From NCBI RefSeq assembly GCF_009914755.1, contig NC_060931.1: 64,000 nt of DNA; one strand, given 5' to 3'. The notes beneath the pieces are model-generated. The model searched no databases, was not told the origin of the DNA, and saw only the letters and a program-made list of their open reading frames with translations. The stretch comes from the human T2T-CHM13v2.0 reference genome, Homo sapiens. Positions 31,533 through 52,357 of this stretch are shown here, piece after piece (the first letter of the stretch is position 1; each line of letters begins with the position of its first letter). Made by a program: the position numbers and the translations under genes.

Positions 31533-34198
31533 TGGGTGTGTGGAGGTGTGGGGGTGTGTGAGGTGTGTGGAGGTGGGTGTGTGGGGTGTGTAGAGGTGAG
31601 GGTGTGTGGGGTGTGTGGAGGTGAGGGTGTGTGGGGTGTGTGGAGGTGTGGGGTGTATGGAGGTGTGGAGTGTGTGTGGAGGTGTGTGGAGGTGTGGGGT
31701 GTATGGAGGTGGGTGTGTGGGGTGTATGGAGGTGTGAGGTGTGTGGAGGGGTGAGGTGTGTAGGGTGTGTAGAAGTGTGTGGGGTGTGAGGTGGGGTGTG
31801 AGGTGTGTGGAGGTGGGTGTGTGGAGCTGTGTGTGGTGTGTGGAGGTGTGAGGTGTGTGGAGGTGTGGGGTGTGTGGAGCTGTGTGGGGTGTATGGAGGT
31901 GTAGGGTGTGAGGAGGTGTGGAGGTGTGTGGTGTGTGGAGGTGTGGGGTGTGTGGAGGTGTGGGGTGTGTGGAGCTGTGTGGGGTGTATGGAGGTGTAGG
32001 CTGTGAGGAGGTGTGGGGTGTGTGAAGGTGTGGGGTGTGTGGAGGTGTGGGGTGTGTGGAGGTGTGGGATGTGTGGGGTGTGTGGAGGTGGGTGTGTGGG
32101 GTGTGGAGATGTGTGAGGTGTGGAGGTGTGTGGAGGTGTGGAGTGTGGGGTCTGTGAAGGTGTGAGGGGTGTGTGGAGGTGTGGGAGTTGTGTGGCGATG
32201 TGTGTGGGGTGTGTGTGTGGAGGTTGGTGTGTGGAGGTGTGTGGTATGTGGAGGTGGGGATGTGGGGTGTGTAGAGGTGAGGGTGTGTGGGGTGTGTGGA
32301 GGTGCGTGGGGCGTGTGGGGGGTGTGGAGGTATGCGGTGTGTGGAGGTGGGTGGTGGTGTGTGGGGTGTCTGGAGGTGTGTGGGGTGTGTGGAGGTGTGG
32401 GGTGTGTGTGGTGTGTGTGGACGTGTGGTGTGTGTGTGGAGATGTGTGGTGTGTGGAGGTGTGGGGTGTGTACAGGTGTGGGGTATGTGGAGATGGGGTG
32501 TGCAGGTGTGTGGAAGTGTGCAGGTGTGTGGAAGTGTGCAGGTGTGTGGAGGTGTGCAGGTGTGTGGGTATGTGCAGGTGTGGGGTGTGTGGTATGTGGT
32601 GTGTGCAGGTGTGGGTATGTGGAGGTGTGGGGTGTGTGGAGGTGTGTGATATGAGGAGTGGGGTGTGGAGGTGTGGGGTATGTGGAGATGGTGTGTGGAA
32701 GTGTGTGGTGTGTGCAGGTGTGGGGGTGTGGAGGTGTGGGGTGTGTGGAGGTGTGGAGTGTGGGGTGTGTGGAGTTGTGAGGTGTGGGTGGAGTTGGTGT
32801 GTGGTGTGGGATGTGTGGAGGTGGGTGTGTGGAGGTGTGTGGGATGTGGAGGTGTGGGGTGTTTGGAGGTGTGTGGGATGAGGTGTGGGGTGTGTGGAGG
32901 TGTGGGATATGCGGGGATGTGTGGGAGGTGTGGGTGGAGTTGGCTGTGCGTGGGGGGGTGTGGGTGTGGATTGGGGTGTGTGGTGTGTGTATAGGTGTGG
33001 TGTCTTTAGGTGCGGGGGGTGTGGATTGGGGTGTGGTGTGTGTAGGTGTGTCTGTAGGTGGGGGTGTGGGTGTTGGTGTGTGTGTGGAGGTGTGGGGTAT
33101 GTGGGGGTGTGTGGAGGTGGGGGTGTGGGTGTTGTGTGGGGTGTGTGTGGGGTGTGTGGAGGTGTGGGGTATGCGGGGATGTGTGGAGGTGTGGGGTTGT
33201 GGGTGGAGTTGGGTGTGTGGGGGGTGTGGGTGTGGAATGGAGTGTGTGGTGTGTGTATAGGTGTGGTGTCTTTAGGTGTGGGGGGTGTGGATTGGGGTGT
33301 GGTGTGTGTGTAGGTGTGTCTGTAGGTGGGGGTGTGGGTGTTGGTGTGTGTGTGGAGGTGGGTATGTGGGGGTGTGTGGAGGTGAGGGTGTGGGTGTTGT
33401 GTGGGGTGTGTGTGGGGTGTGTGGAGGTGTGGGGTATGGGGGTGTGTGGAGGTGTGGGGGTGTGGGTGGAGTTGTGTGGGGTGTGTGGAGGTGTGGGGTA
33501 TGTGGGGGTGTAGGTGGAGTTGGGTGTGTGTGGGGGGGTGTGGGTGTGGATTGGGGTGTGTGGTGTGTGTGTAGGTGTGGTGTCTAGGTGTGGGGGCTGT
33601 GGGTGTGGATTGGGGTGTGTGTGTGTAGGTGTGTCTGTAGGTGTGGGGGGTGTAGGTGGAGTTGGGTGTGTGTGGGGGGGTGTGGGTGTGGATTGGGGTG
33701 TGTGGTGTGTGTGTAGGTGTGGTGTCTAGGTGTGGGGGCTGTGGGTGTGGATTGGGGTATGTGGTGTGTGTAGGTGTGGTGTCTGTAGGTGTGGGGGGTG
33801 TGGGTGGAGTTGGGGGTGTGTGTGTGGAGTGTGTGGAGGTGGGGGTGTGGGTGGAGTTGGGTGTGTGTGGGGGGTGTGGGTGGAGTTGTGTGTGGGGTGT
33901 GTGTGTAGGTGTGGTGTCTAGGTGGGGGTGTGGGTGGAGTTGGGTGTGTGTGGGGTTGTGGGTGTGGATTGGGGTGTGTGGTGTGTGTGTAGGTGTGGTG
34001 TCTAGGTGTGGGGGGTGTGGGTGTGGATTGGGGTGTGGTGTGTGTGTAGGTGTGGTGTCTGTAGGTGTGGGGGGTGTGGGTGGAGGTGTGGGGGGGTGTG
34101 GGGTGTGGGTGTGTGGTGTGTGTGTAGGTGTGGTATCTGTAGGTGTGGGGGGTGTGGGTGGAGGTGTGGGGTGTGTGGATGGGGGTTGGGGGGTGTGG
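31533..34198 (+). repeat. ~2.7 kb GT-rich low-complexity tandem array (GGTGT/GGAGGTGT-type units)
   Basis: Almost only G and T on the + strand; it generates the many V/C/G/W-rich spurious ORFs. Confidence 0.95.
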
Positions 34199-35451
34199 TC
34201 TTGCCAGCAGTTTCCCTCCAGGTCACAGCAGCCATGCCATCACAGCAATTCCAGCTTGGTTACATATTCGTCTTTCCCGTTTGAGATCAGGGAACCGAGG
34301 CTCAGAGGTGGCATGATTCGTTCACAGCAAGAGAACTAGAATTAAACAAACTGTGCCGACTCCAGCCTCCGCCCCACCACGCCACCTCCCTGCCAAACTG
34401 TCCCCTCCCTGGCCCTTTTTGGTGTAAAGGGAGTTCAGCAGGTGCAGCTGTGCGCCCTCAGGCTTAGAGGCTTAGAATTCTCTGCAGCACCTAAAGGCCG
34501 TGAGCTTGGATTCAAACCAGAGCCCCTTCTGGTCCTGGAGTCTGGGACGACCGCAGCCCCACCATGACCTTGGGGTGGAGCCCCTGTCAGGAGCGCCTCC
34601 ACGGGTGGCACTGGGCTCCCCGTCCCTCTTTCACCCCCGCACGGGCTTGGCTGCTGGCTTCTGTGGTTCTGCTACTCCCACTACCTAGAGAACGCCCCGG
34701 GCCGCGCCGATCCTCACCAGCTCAGGAGCTTCTTGTCCGTAGGAGAGGCTTTACTGGATGTGGGGTTCGGTGTTTATGGAGATGCAGCCCTTCTCCCTCC
34801 AGCTTCGTGCGTGTGTGCACAGACAGCGAGTGAGGCCGTCAGGGTGGGCTCCTGCCACGTCTTGGCCCCTCCCCAGAGTCGCTGGACTTAGGAGCTAGTC
34901 TGCATGTGACAGACCTTCCCAGTCAGTGGCAGGCGTTTCCCGGGACAGTGTCTGTGTGGCGGTCGGCGTGTGTGCAGCTGCCTGTACATGCTGGACCCCA
35001 GACTCCCTTGTCCTTGCGATGTTCATGCCAGGGTAATGCAAGTTGAATCAAATCGTGGTGCCACAACGCCCCCTGGAGTAGTTTGTGCCCGAAGCGGCTG
35101 TCTGACTCTTCCGCGCAGCCTCAGAAGCGCCGGGGTCGGTTCCTCACTCAATGTGCGCGGGGATGCGGCTCCCAGGAGACTGTGCTGCTGTTTCTGCTCT
35201 TCTGCATCCTCCATGGCTCCTGGGGCTGAGCCGGGTCCCCGGACGGTGGGACTGGGGAAGGCTTTGCCCGACGGAGCTCGGGGCTCTGTGCCTGGCGCTG
35301 AGCTCTCCCGTCCCGCACACTGGCCTCCCTGTCTGGGCCCCTCTCGCATTTCCTCCTGGCAGCTTAGACCTCTTCCTTGCCTTCCTCGCCCTCTGGCCTC
35401 CTCTCCAGCCTGTGCTCCTCAGGACGCTGCTTATGTACTTCTCTCTTCTAG

Positions 35452-35531
35452 GAGCGACCCCGAAGCCAGAGCCAGAGCCAGAGCAGGTCATAAAAAACTA
35501 CACGGAAGAGCTGAAAGTGCCCCCAGATGAG
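35452..35531 (+). pseudogene. DTX2P1: DTX2P1 exon, 80 nt
   Basis: ttctag|GA acceptor; GATPKPEPEPEQVIKNYTEELKVPPDE; |gtttg donor. Confidence 0.9.
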
Positions 35532-37304
35532 GTTTGTGTCTTGGGACCTTGGCTGCCTTTGTTTCTGTTTGGAAACAACTCCACATGGAAAGGACATCCG
35601 CCCCATCTTGCTTGAAGGGTGCTTCCCAGGTGCCTCTGGGTGCCAGGGCCTTGCTCCAGCCCCTTTGGTTTCATCTCCCAGCCTCCCGAGACCCACATCG
35701 TTATGATCTGAGCTTTGCACTTAAGGAGCTGTGGTCCTGAGCAAAGCCCCTCCTCTCCCGGCCCTGGCCTCTCCATAGCCTGATGGCCATCCTGGGAGCA
35801 GGAATTCCAGAGACAAGGGATGGGCCAGCCTGCCCCACTCTCCACCTTGCGGATGCTGGTGTAGAAGTGAGGTGGCCTCGTCCAGGTGGCTGTCCTGTCC
35901 CCCGGCTATTGGGAGAGCTGGTCAAGGTTCTTATAATTTTTTTATTCTTAAAGACGGGTGCACACTGTCGCCCAGGCTCAGTGCAGTGGCGTGATCACAG
36001 CTCACTGCAGCCCTGTCCTCCTGACCTCCTGTAATGAACAGGACCAATCAGACTCCTATTGCGCTTCCATAGAACCTGAACCTCTGCTGAGCCACGTTTT
36101 GGGGGCTGCAGCACCACTTTCCCCTGATTTTAGCTGGGAGCCCGGGAGATACTGTTGGGGGAGGGGGTGGGTGAACGGCCGGGAGTACCAGTACCCAGAG
36201 ATCTTCAGATACTTGGGGGCGGGTGGAAGGCCAGGAGCCCCAGTACCCAGGGACTCTTCACTTGTCTCTTTCTCCAGTCTGAGTCCATGAGAAAAATTTG
36301 GTAAGTAAAGGTTTGGAAAGGAGCCTGAACGTCCTCCTCATGTGTCCCACCCCTTCCACAAGCCCTTGCCACATTCCCGCCTGCCCAGCGCTCAGCTCTG
36401 TCTCGGCCCTGGTGTCCATCTGGTGTGACTGGGCCGTTTCACCCCAGGCTCCTCCTCTCCAAGCTGCCGTCTGCACAGCCAGCACGCAGCTTGGATCATG
36501 GGAGCACTCCCTGCCTGGAACCCCCAGCAGGACCCCCAACTCACACACAACCCCAAGCCCCTGAGTGTGGCAGCCAGACCCCCGAGGGCGCGCCTCTCCC
36601 TGATCCTGTCTCATCTCCTGCTCCCAGCCCACCCCCTGCCAGCTTTAGTGCCCATGCGCTGGCTCCTCGTTCAGAACGTCCTCCTCCCTCTTCCGGGTGC
36701 CCACTCTGTGCTTGTCCATCTGGCAATTCCTGTCTCCCTTGTAAGACCCCACTCCGAGGGCCTCCCCCAGGATCCTGCCCTGTCCGTCCTTCCCATTTGG
36801 TGGCTTCTGCTGTCATGTCGGGCCTGTGCTGCTGGTAAGCCCTTCAAGGGCACAGGTCCCGGTGACTCACCTGTGTCTCCAGCCTGTGGAATGGACTTTT
36901 TTTTTTTTTTTCTGAGACGGAGTCTCGCTCTGTCGCCCAGGCTGGAGTGCAGTGGCATAATCTCAGCTCTGCAACCTCTGCCCCCTGAGTTCAAGTGATT
37001 CTCTTGCCTCAGCCTCCCGAGTAGCTGGGATTATAGGCGCCTGCCAACACGCCCAGCTAATTTTTGTATTCTTAGTAGAGATGGGGTTTTCCCGTGTTGG
37101 CCAGGCTGGCCTCAAATTCCTGACCTCAAGTGATCGGCCTCCCAGAGTGCTGGGATTACAGGCCTGAGCCACTGCGCCTGGCCTCGGAATTGACTTTGAC
37201 TGCACTTCCAGCATTTCAGCACATGAAAGCCTCTTTTTCCAAGACTGGCCCACGTCAGCCCAGCCCACTGTTGGCGAGCATGACCCATGTTTGGTCTCCT
37301 CCAG

Positions 37305-37463
37305 GACTGCATCATCTGCATGGAGAAGCTGTCCGCAGCGTCTGGATACAGCGATGTGACTGACAGCAAGGCAATCGGGCCCCTGGCTGTGGGCTGCCTC
37401 ACCAAGTGCAGCCACGCCTTCCACCTGCTGTGCCTCCTGGCCATGTACTGCAACGGCAATAAG
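37305..37463 (+). pseudogene. DTX2P1: DTX2P1 exon, RING-H2 N-terminal part, 159 nt
   Basis: ctccag|GAC acceptor; DCIICMEKL...[20 protein letters not shown]; |gtgcc donor. Confidence 0.92.
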
Positions 37464-38432
37464 GTGCCCCCACTGGCCCGGGGCGGAGGCGGGTGGCCCG
37501 CCCCGGAAGTCCTGAGCTGTCCCCTGCAGGGGTGGGAGGGTTCCGGGGGTGGCTGTAGGAATGGGCCTCTGCAAAAGATGGTGCTGGGCGTGGGGCCAGC
37601 TTGAAGACCTTTCTAAAGGCCTGGCCGGCTCTCCTAGGCCTGCCCTACTCTTCTAGGTCTGCCGCACACTTTAGAAAGGAGGACCAGTGCGGCTGGTTCC
37701 CTCCACCCCTCCAGCCAGGCCTGAGAAGATTCTGGGCTTCTCTGAGCCTCAGGGCACCGCCTCCCCCTCGGCCACTTGTAAACACCGCAGACACTGTCTC
37801 CCTTCTTCCTTACAGCATCCCTGTGCAGTCAGCACAGTGCTCATGAGGGAGAGGCTCAGAGCAGGGGCTGTACCCACGGTCACCCCACTGGGAGGTGGGA
37901 GCCAGGCCTTGAGGCAGGGCTGATCCTGGGCCCCACGGTAGCCTACACATGAAGAGCCACGCCCAGACCGACCCCCAGCTGCTCTCCCTGCATCGGCCTT
38001 CAGGCGGGATGGGCAGAGTTTAGAGGCTTAGAGAACCGAGTCATGTGGCGCATCAGAGCCTGGCTCGGCCTTCCCTAGTGTCTGCCGTCCTGGGCAGCCA
38101 AGGCCCAGCTCCGCAGATCAGACGCTGCAAGGCTGTCTATCCGACTGCAAATGCGATTCACCCGTGGAGATTTCTGCTCAGGATCCAAGTTTTCCCACTC
38201 GCCACCTGTCTCCTGATAGCATGTCCCTTAACGAAAATGGCATAAGTTGCTGGTGCAAAACAAAGCTTTCCAGGGAAGCTGTTGGAAGCCAGTTTCCGGG
38301 CAGGAGGCTGCCAGCAACTCCCTGGGATGGTGGCCAGCCCATTCCCGGGGCCCTTTACCATCTGATGGTGGAGGTGACGGTCTTGGGTGTTCTCAGACTG
38401 CCAGCTCAGTGGGTTGCGTCTGCCTCTGTCAG

Positions 38433-38593
38433 GATGGAAGTCTGCAGTGTCCCTCCTGCAAAACCATCTATGAGAGAAGACGGGGACCCAGCCCCAGGGA
38501 AAGATGGAGGTATTACGGTTCCAGATGTCGCTCCCCGGCCACGAGGACTGCGGGACCATCCTCATAGTTTACAGCATTCCCCATGGCATCCAG
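38433..38593 (+). pseudogene. DTX2P1: DTX2P1 exon (RING end / DTC start) with 1-nt deletion and mutated donor
   Basis: DGSLQCPSCKTIY, a frame switch near 38472, then [40 protein letters not shown]. Followed by atgagg instead of gtgagg. Confidence 0.88.
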
Positions 38594-39361
38594 ATGAGGG
38601 GCCTTCTTGAGTCCCCCACTCCTGGCCATTCCTCTTCCCACCCCGCCCACGTCCCAGCAGTCTGCCCCTGGATCAAGGCTGAGGATGCCCATGTGGCCAA
38701 GCTCAGGCCCCCAGGTCCCCTAAGGCCAGGGCCATGGAGGGCCGGGAATGGGGAGGCAGTGCCGGGGCTTAGGGTAAGCTCTTAGGGCTGTGGCAGCAAA
38801 AGGCTGGCCCTCCACTCTTTCCTGAACCAAGGAAGCCTTCCTAGAGGAGGAGCCATCTTAGCTGGACTTGTTCTGGGCAGAAGGGCAGGCAGTTCAGTGG
38901 GAGGAACCCTGCGGAGGGGCTGGAGAAGTGGGGCCACAGCAGGGTGTGCGTCGAGGAACCTTGGGTTGGGAGTGGCAGGGCCAGGCGTGTGGGTGTCAGG
39001 AGCCCAGGCACAAGGCCCCAGAGTCCCAGAGGAGACTCAGACGGGCCCTAGCCCTTTCGGTCTCCTGTCTTGAGCCAAGGTGGATCGTAGGGCCTGGTGC
39101 AGGGTGGGAAGATAACGGGGCAGCAGGCAGCGGGCACTGGCTGCCAGCCAAGGTCCACCTGTGGTGGATGGAGGCATCTTTTTGTCTTGTTGAACCATGA
39201 GCCTTTCCCCTGGTTTCCCTCCACTTCTCCACAGCTCAGAGGGAAATTCAGGAACATTCGGGGTTGGCATCTCGGAGCGGGGGAGGAGCTGGAGCTGTGC
39301 AGGGGCCTGTCCCTGTGCGGGCTCTCGGAGCACCCTATCCTGGTGTCTGTTCCTCCCGCAG

Positions 39362-39451
39362 GGCCCTGAGCACCCCAATCCCGGAAAGCCGTTCACTGCC
39401 AGAGGGTTTCCCCGCCAGTGCTACCTTCCAGACAACGCCCAGGGCCGCAAG
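39362..39451 (+). pseudogene. DTX2P1: DTX2P1 last retained exon (DTC), 90 nt
   Basis: ccgcag|GGC acceptor; [30 protein letters not shown]; |gtgag donor. Confidence 0.92.
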
Positions 39452-39790
39452 GTGAGTGCCACCATGCGCCCCGGGGGTGGACGGGGCCCTGACCAGGCGG
39501 CAGGAGGCCAGGCGCCACACTGGACTCTGCTTCTGCAGCGGAGGACAGAGGCTGAGGCCGGGCCGAGTGTCTGCTGCTCTTTTCTGGGGACCTGCTGTAG
39601 GTACAGGGAGGGCAGCCTGGACCTCACATAGCCTCGAGGGAGGAGGAGAGGCCATCACCTTCCAGCACCCTGCCGGGTGGGGTCAGGAGCTCCTGAGAGT
39701 CAGAGTGTGACAGGCAGGGACCGGGGGCTGTGTTAGACCAGGTGACCACGGAAGGCTGGAGCAGTGGTGTCTGCACTGTGACATGAATAG

Positions 39791-40998
<1,208 letters not shown>

Positions 40999-42233
40999 TA
41001 GCATCTTTCCAGGGAGGGGTCCCCCGACCCCGGTCCTCCCCTTGGCAAGCCCGGGCTCCTTCCACTGTAGAGTCAGCAACAGTGCTCACCCCCGCTGGGG
41101 CCGGGCAAGGCCCAGGAGGAGCGGGTGGGCACCTTGGGGAGGCGGGATCTTAGTCAAGGTGGGAGGGGGCAGCTTCCCCAAAGTCTAGGCCCCTGTCCCC
41201 CACCACGGGCAGATCTGGCAGGAAACTCGGGGGCCGAATTCAGACCCAGTCTCGTCGGTATTAGGCAGGGAGCAGGAGAGGTGGCTCCTACCCGCTCTTA
41301 CAGATGAGGAAACTGAGGCACAGGAGGTCAAGTGGCCTGCCAACATCGGGGTGGAGCCGGGATGGGGAAGCAGGCAGTGTGTCCAGGTCAGGACTGTCTG
41401 GACACAGGAGGAGGCGGGGTGACCTCAGGAAGACCAGGCCCAGGGGAAGCCGGGAAGGCAGGGCGTGGTGAGGCTGGAACAGCACCCCGCTCCGCCCAGC
41501 CCCCTTCTGCCCTCTCACCCACTCTCCAGGTCCACCCTCTGCCCTCCCCGCTGCCTCACCCTGGCTCAGCCTTCCAGCTCCATGCCCCGCCCCATCCCCC
41601 GCAGCCACTCTTTTCAATGCCAACCTGCCAGGTCCTTCCCCGCTTCCCAGGCCTTGCAGAGCTCCCAGCCCTGCAAAGAGACAAACCGAGCCCCTCTGCG
41701 GGGCTCCTGGTGCCCTGGGTCCTCAGGCTGCTGGTGATTGAGCCCCCTGCCCCCCGGCTACTGCTGCCCCTCCGGGAGGCCTGTGACCCCTGCCCCATGT
41801 GCCCTGCTAAGCCACCTTCACCTGCTCTTTTGGCTTGTGACATTTAGGAACCAGGGCCCCTAAACCAGCATCCCCGGCCCAGGTCTGGTGTCTGGAGAGC
41901 AATTGCTCGGGGGGATGAGGGGTGGTGGCACAGGCCAAGTGGCTGGAGACATCTGAGGGGGATTCTCAGAGCAGGGCCAGGCCATGGGCTGCTGCTCTTG
42001 ACGGGCACCCCCACTCCACATCCATGGGAGGGCCCCAGAGGAGCTGCCTGGAGCTTGGCCCTGCCCAGGGTGGTCCCGGCCTCTGAAGCTCTCCCCTCCT
42101 CCCCCACCACCTCCCATCCCCAGGGTGAAGTGATACCCTGTCTTGAACGAACAGGCCAGGCGCAGTGACTCACACCTGTAATCCCAGGACTTTGGGAGGC
42201 TGAGGTGGGCAGATCACTTAAGGTCAGGAGTTA

Positions 42234-42832
<599 letters not shown>

Positions 42833-43466
42833 TTAAAAGACCACCTCCCTGTCAGTGACTCTTCAGCAGAGACTGTCTCACGCTGTCCTATCCGGACCCA
42901 AGACAGTTGGCTAGGGGCCCGGCCCCGGAGGGGTATGACAGGGAGAAGGAGGGGGCCGTTGGTGTTTGCTGTGTGAAAAGATGAATTAATCCTCCCAGGG
43001 TTCAAGGACCAGCTAGGAGCAGGATTGCCATGGCTTTTTTGTTTTTTTTTTAACGTGGAGTCTCACTCTGTTGCCCAGGCTGGAGTGCTGTGGCGCGATC
43101 TCTGCTCACCGCAACCTCCACTTCCCAGGTTAAAGTGATTCTCGAGCCTTGGTCTCCTGAGTCGCTGGGATCACAGGTGCCTGCCACCACACCCAGCTAA
43201 TTTTTGTACTTTCAGTAGAGATGGGGTTTCGCCATGTTGGCCACAGGCTTTTGCATGTCCTGCGGCCCTTCTGTGTTTGTTCTTAATGTCACAATCCGTG
43301 CTGATGCCAGGCGCAGCGCCAGGGACTTCCCATGCGAGCCTGCAGCTGCCCCTCCCTTCTGCACAGCCTCTCTGAGCCCACTGAGGAGCTGCCGTCACCC
43401 TCAGGAGCCGCCTGGAACTTGACTTTGGAAACACCCTCTAAACAGATCTTGGAACCTAGGGTGTAA

Positions 43467-43893
<427 letters not shown>

Positions 43894-43898
43894 TGACT

Positions 43899-44013
43899 CT
43901 TTTTTTTTCTTTTCTTTTCTTTTTCTTTCTCTTTTTCTTTTTCTTTTTTTTTCTTTTTCTTTTTCTTTTTCTTTCTTTTTCTTTTTCTTTTTCTTTTTCT
44001 TTTCTTTTCTTTT
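43899..44013. repeat. (TTTTC/TTTTTC)n pyrimidine tract, expanded Alu tail
   Basis: Direct reading; precedes a minus-strand Alu. Confidence 0.85.
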
Positions 44014-44017
44014 CTGA

Positions 44018-44298
<281 letters not shown>

Positions 44299-44816
44299 TG
44301 AGCTGAATTTTGAAGGGCAAATGGAAGAAGGAGGCCGAGGCAGGAGGATCTCTTGAGCCTAAGAGTTCAAGACCAGCCTGGGCAACACAGCAAGACCCCA
44401 TCTCTAAAAAGTTTTTTTAAAAAGAGGGAAGAAGGAGAGAGGAGGAGAGAGAGCTACTCAGAGAGACCAGGGGTGTATACGGTCCTGTTCTGCAGTGGCA
44501 CCCATGGTGGCCAAGGGGTGGTAGCAGGGATTGTGGGCTGGGAAGAACCAGATCTGAACCAGGGCAGACACACAGGATTGGAGAGGAAGAGTTGGATTCC
44601 AGAAATATGCAGGAGGTGGCCGCAGGAATTGGGAGATAAGGCAGAGGGAAGAGGCCATGCCCAGTTTCTGATGTGGCCTGGGCGTGAATGCAAAAATTGG
44701 GGTCTTCTGTGCTTTGCAAGTGAGTGCACCACCACAGTTTGCTTTACGGCAAGGCCCCAGGAAAAGGGGTTCTGGGGATGTCATCTCAACGGCAGGTGTG
44801 TTCCACAAGAACATTA

Positions 44817-45494
<678 letters not shown>

Positions 45495-45956
45495 TCAGCA
45501 GGCCAAACATCAAAGGAATTCGGATGGCAGCAGGTGGGCACAGGCAGCCAGGAAGCACCCCTCCCTCGCTCTCACTTCCAGCGATCGCTTTACCTCCCTG
45601 GAGTGTCTAAGCCACCCATTTCTCTCCATCATCCCTGCAATCCCCAAGCAAGAACCACCTTGGTCTCCCGCTGGGATGTCCGTGGCTCCTCTCTAGCTGA
45701 ACTCTCCATGTCCACTCCTGCCCGTCGCCCATTCCCCTCTCAGTATCCAGAGGGACCAGGTTCTTTGTTCTTTTTTTTTTTTTTTTTTAAGATAGAGTCT
45801 CACTCTGTTGCCTAGGCTGGAGTGCAGTGGTGTGATCTCGGCTCACTGCAACCTGCAGCTTCAGGTTCAAACGATTCTCCTGCCTCAGCCTCCCAGGTAG
45901 CTGAGACTATAAACGTGCGCCACCGTGCCTGGCTAATTTTTTTGTATTTTTAGTAG

Positions 45957-46653
<697 letters not shown>

Positions 46654-46975
46654 TTACAGGCATGAGCCACCCCACCAGGCCATGCTTTCAGTTTTCAAGA
46701 AAGAAGACACCATTGTTGCCAAAGGTTTTGGTAATTTGAGAGATACAATGTATGTTTTCTCCATGTGGATCCTAGATAGTAAGGATCTGTTGAATTTGAA
46801 GTATCTATCCAGAAGTATTTTGGGTACATGTTTAAGGATTGTAAAACAGTGTTTCTATTTCTGGATATAATAAATGTATTTGTTAATATAATAACTGAAC
46901 AGATTAGACCCATAAACTATTTACAGTGTTGAGTCATTTCCCACAGTTAAAATCAGGATGAAAATATATAGCTGA

Positions 46976-50840
<3,865 letters not shown>

Positions 50841-51010
50841 TAAATTAATCCTGGTTTTCAAGAGTACTGGTTAATGCACACGAGCAAAAGATTTACTAAA
50901 GATGTTTATTCTTCAGTTGATTCTCTTCCCATAATTTATTGAGAAATGCTTTATTTGCATTTCTCATTAAAGACTTAACTTCAGGATGATTTACTTTTTT
51001 CTTTTTATCA

Positions 51011-51387
<377 letters not shown>

Positions 51388-51916
51388 TGAGTAGCTACCA
51401 TTACAGGCGCGCGCCACCACGCCCGGCTAATTTTTGTATTTTCAGTGGAGACGGGGTTCCACCATGTTGTCCAGGCTGGCCAGGCTGGTCTCGAATTCCT
51501 GCCCTCAGGTGATCCGCCCACCTCGGCCTCTCAAAGTGCTGGGATTACAGGCGTGAGCCACCATGCCTGACCTTATGTACTTATATTTTTATGAGAATAT
51601 TTCTCTTGGTTTTCTGATAAATGAGTTACTGGAACCCTTATGAATTTGAATGCAAATGAAACAGCTAAATGTTATATAATTGTTGTGTTTAAAAAGCAGA
51701 TTATAAAACTGTCTGTATTATATGATTACAGTTTTATAAAAACAAAACAGGCCTAAATGTGTATAGTATAAAGACTGAAGAGTCAGCACTTCCATGTTCT
51801 CAGCGGTTATCCTTGGATGTGAGATCTCATGCACTTTTTGCTCTCTTCTTTGTGCCTTTCCATTTTGCATGCGTATTTCTTATAATCTAAAAAGTTACTT
51901 AAACATATGCAGCTAA

Positions 51917-52357
<441 letters not shown>

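Noticed and set aside
31455-34339. Many long V/C/G/W-rich ORFs (up to 253 aa)
   Set aside because: Artefacts of the GT-rich array, which rarely forms stop codons; no domain or splice evidence.
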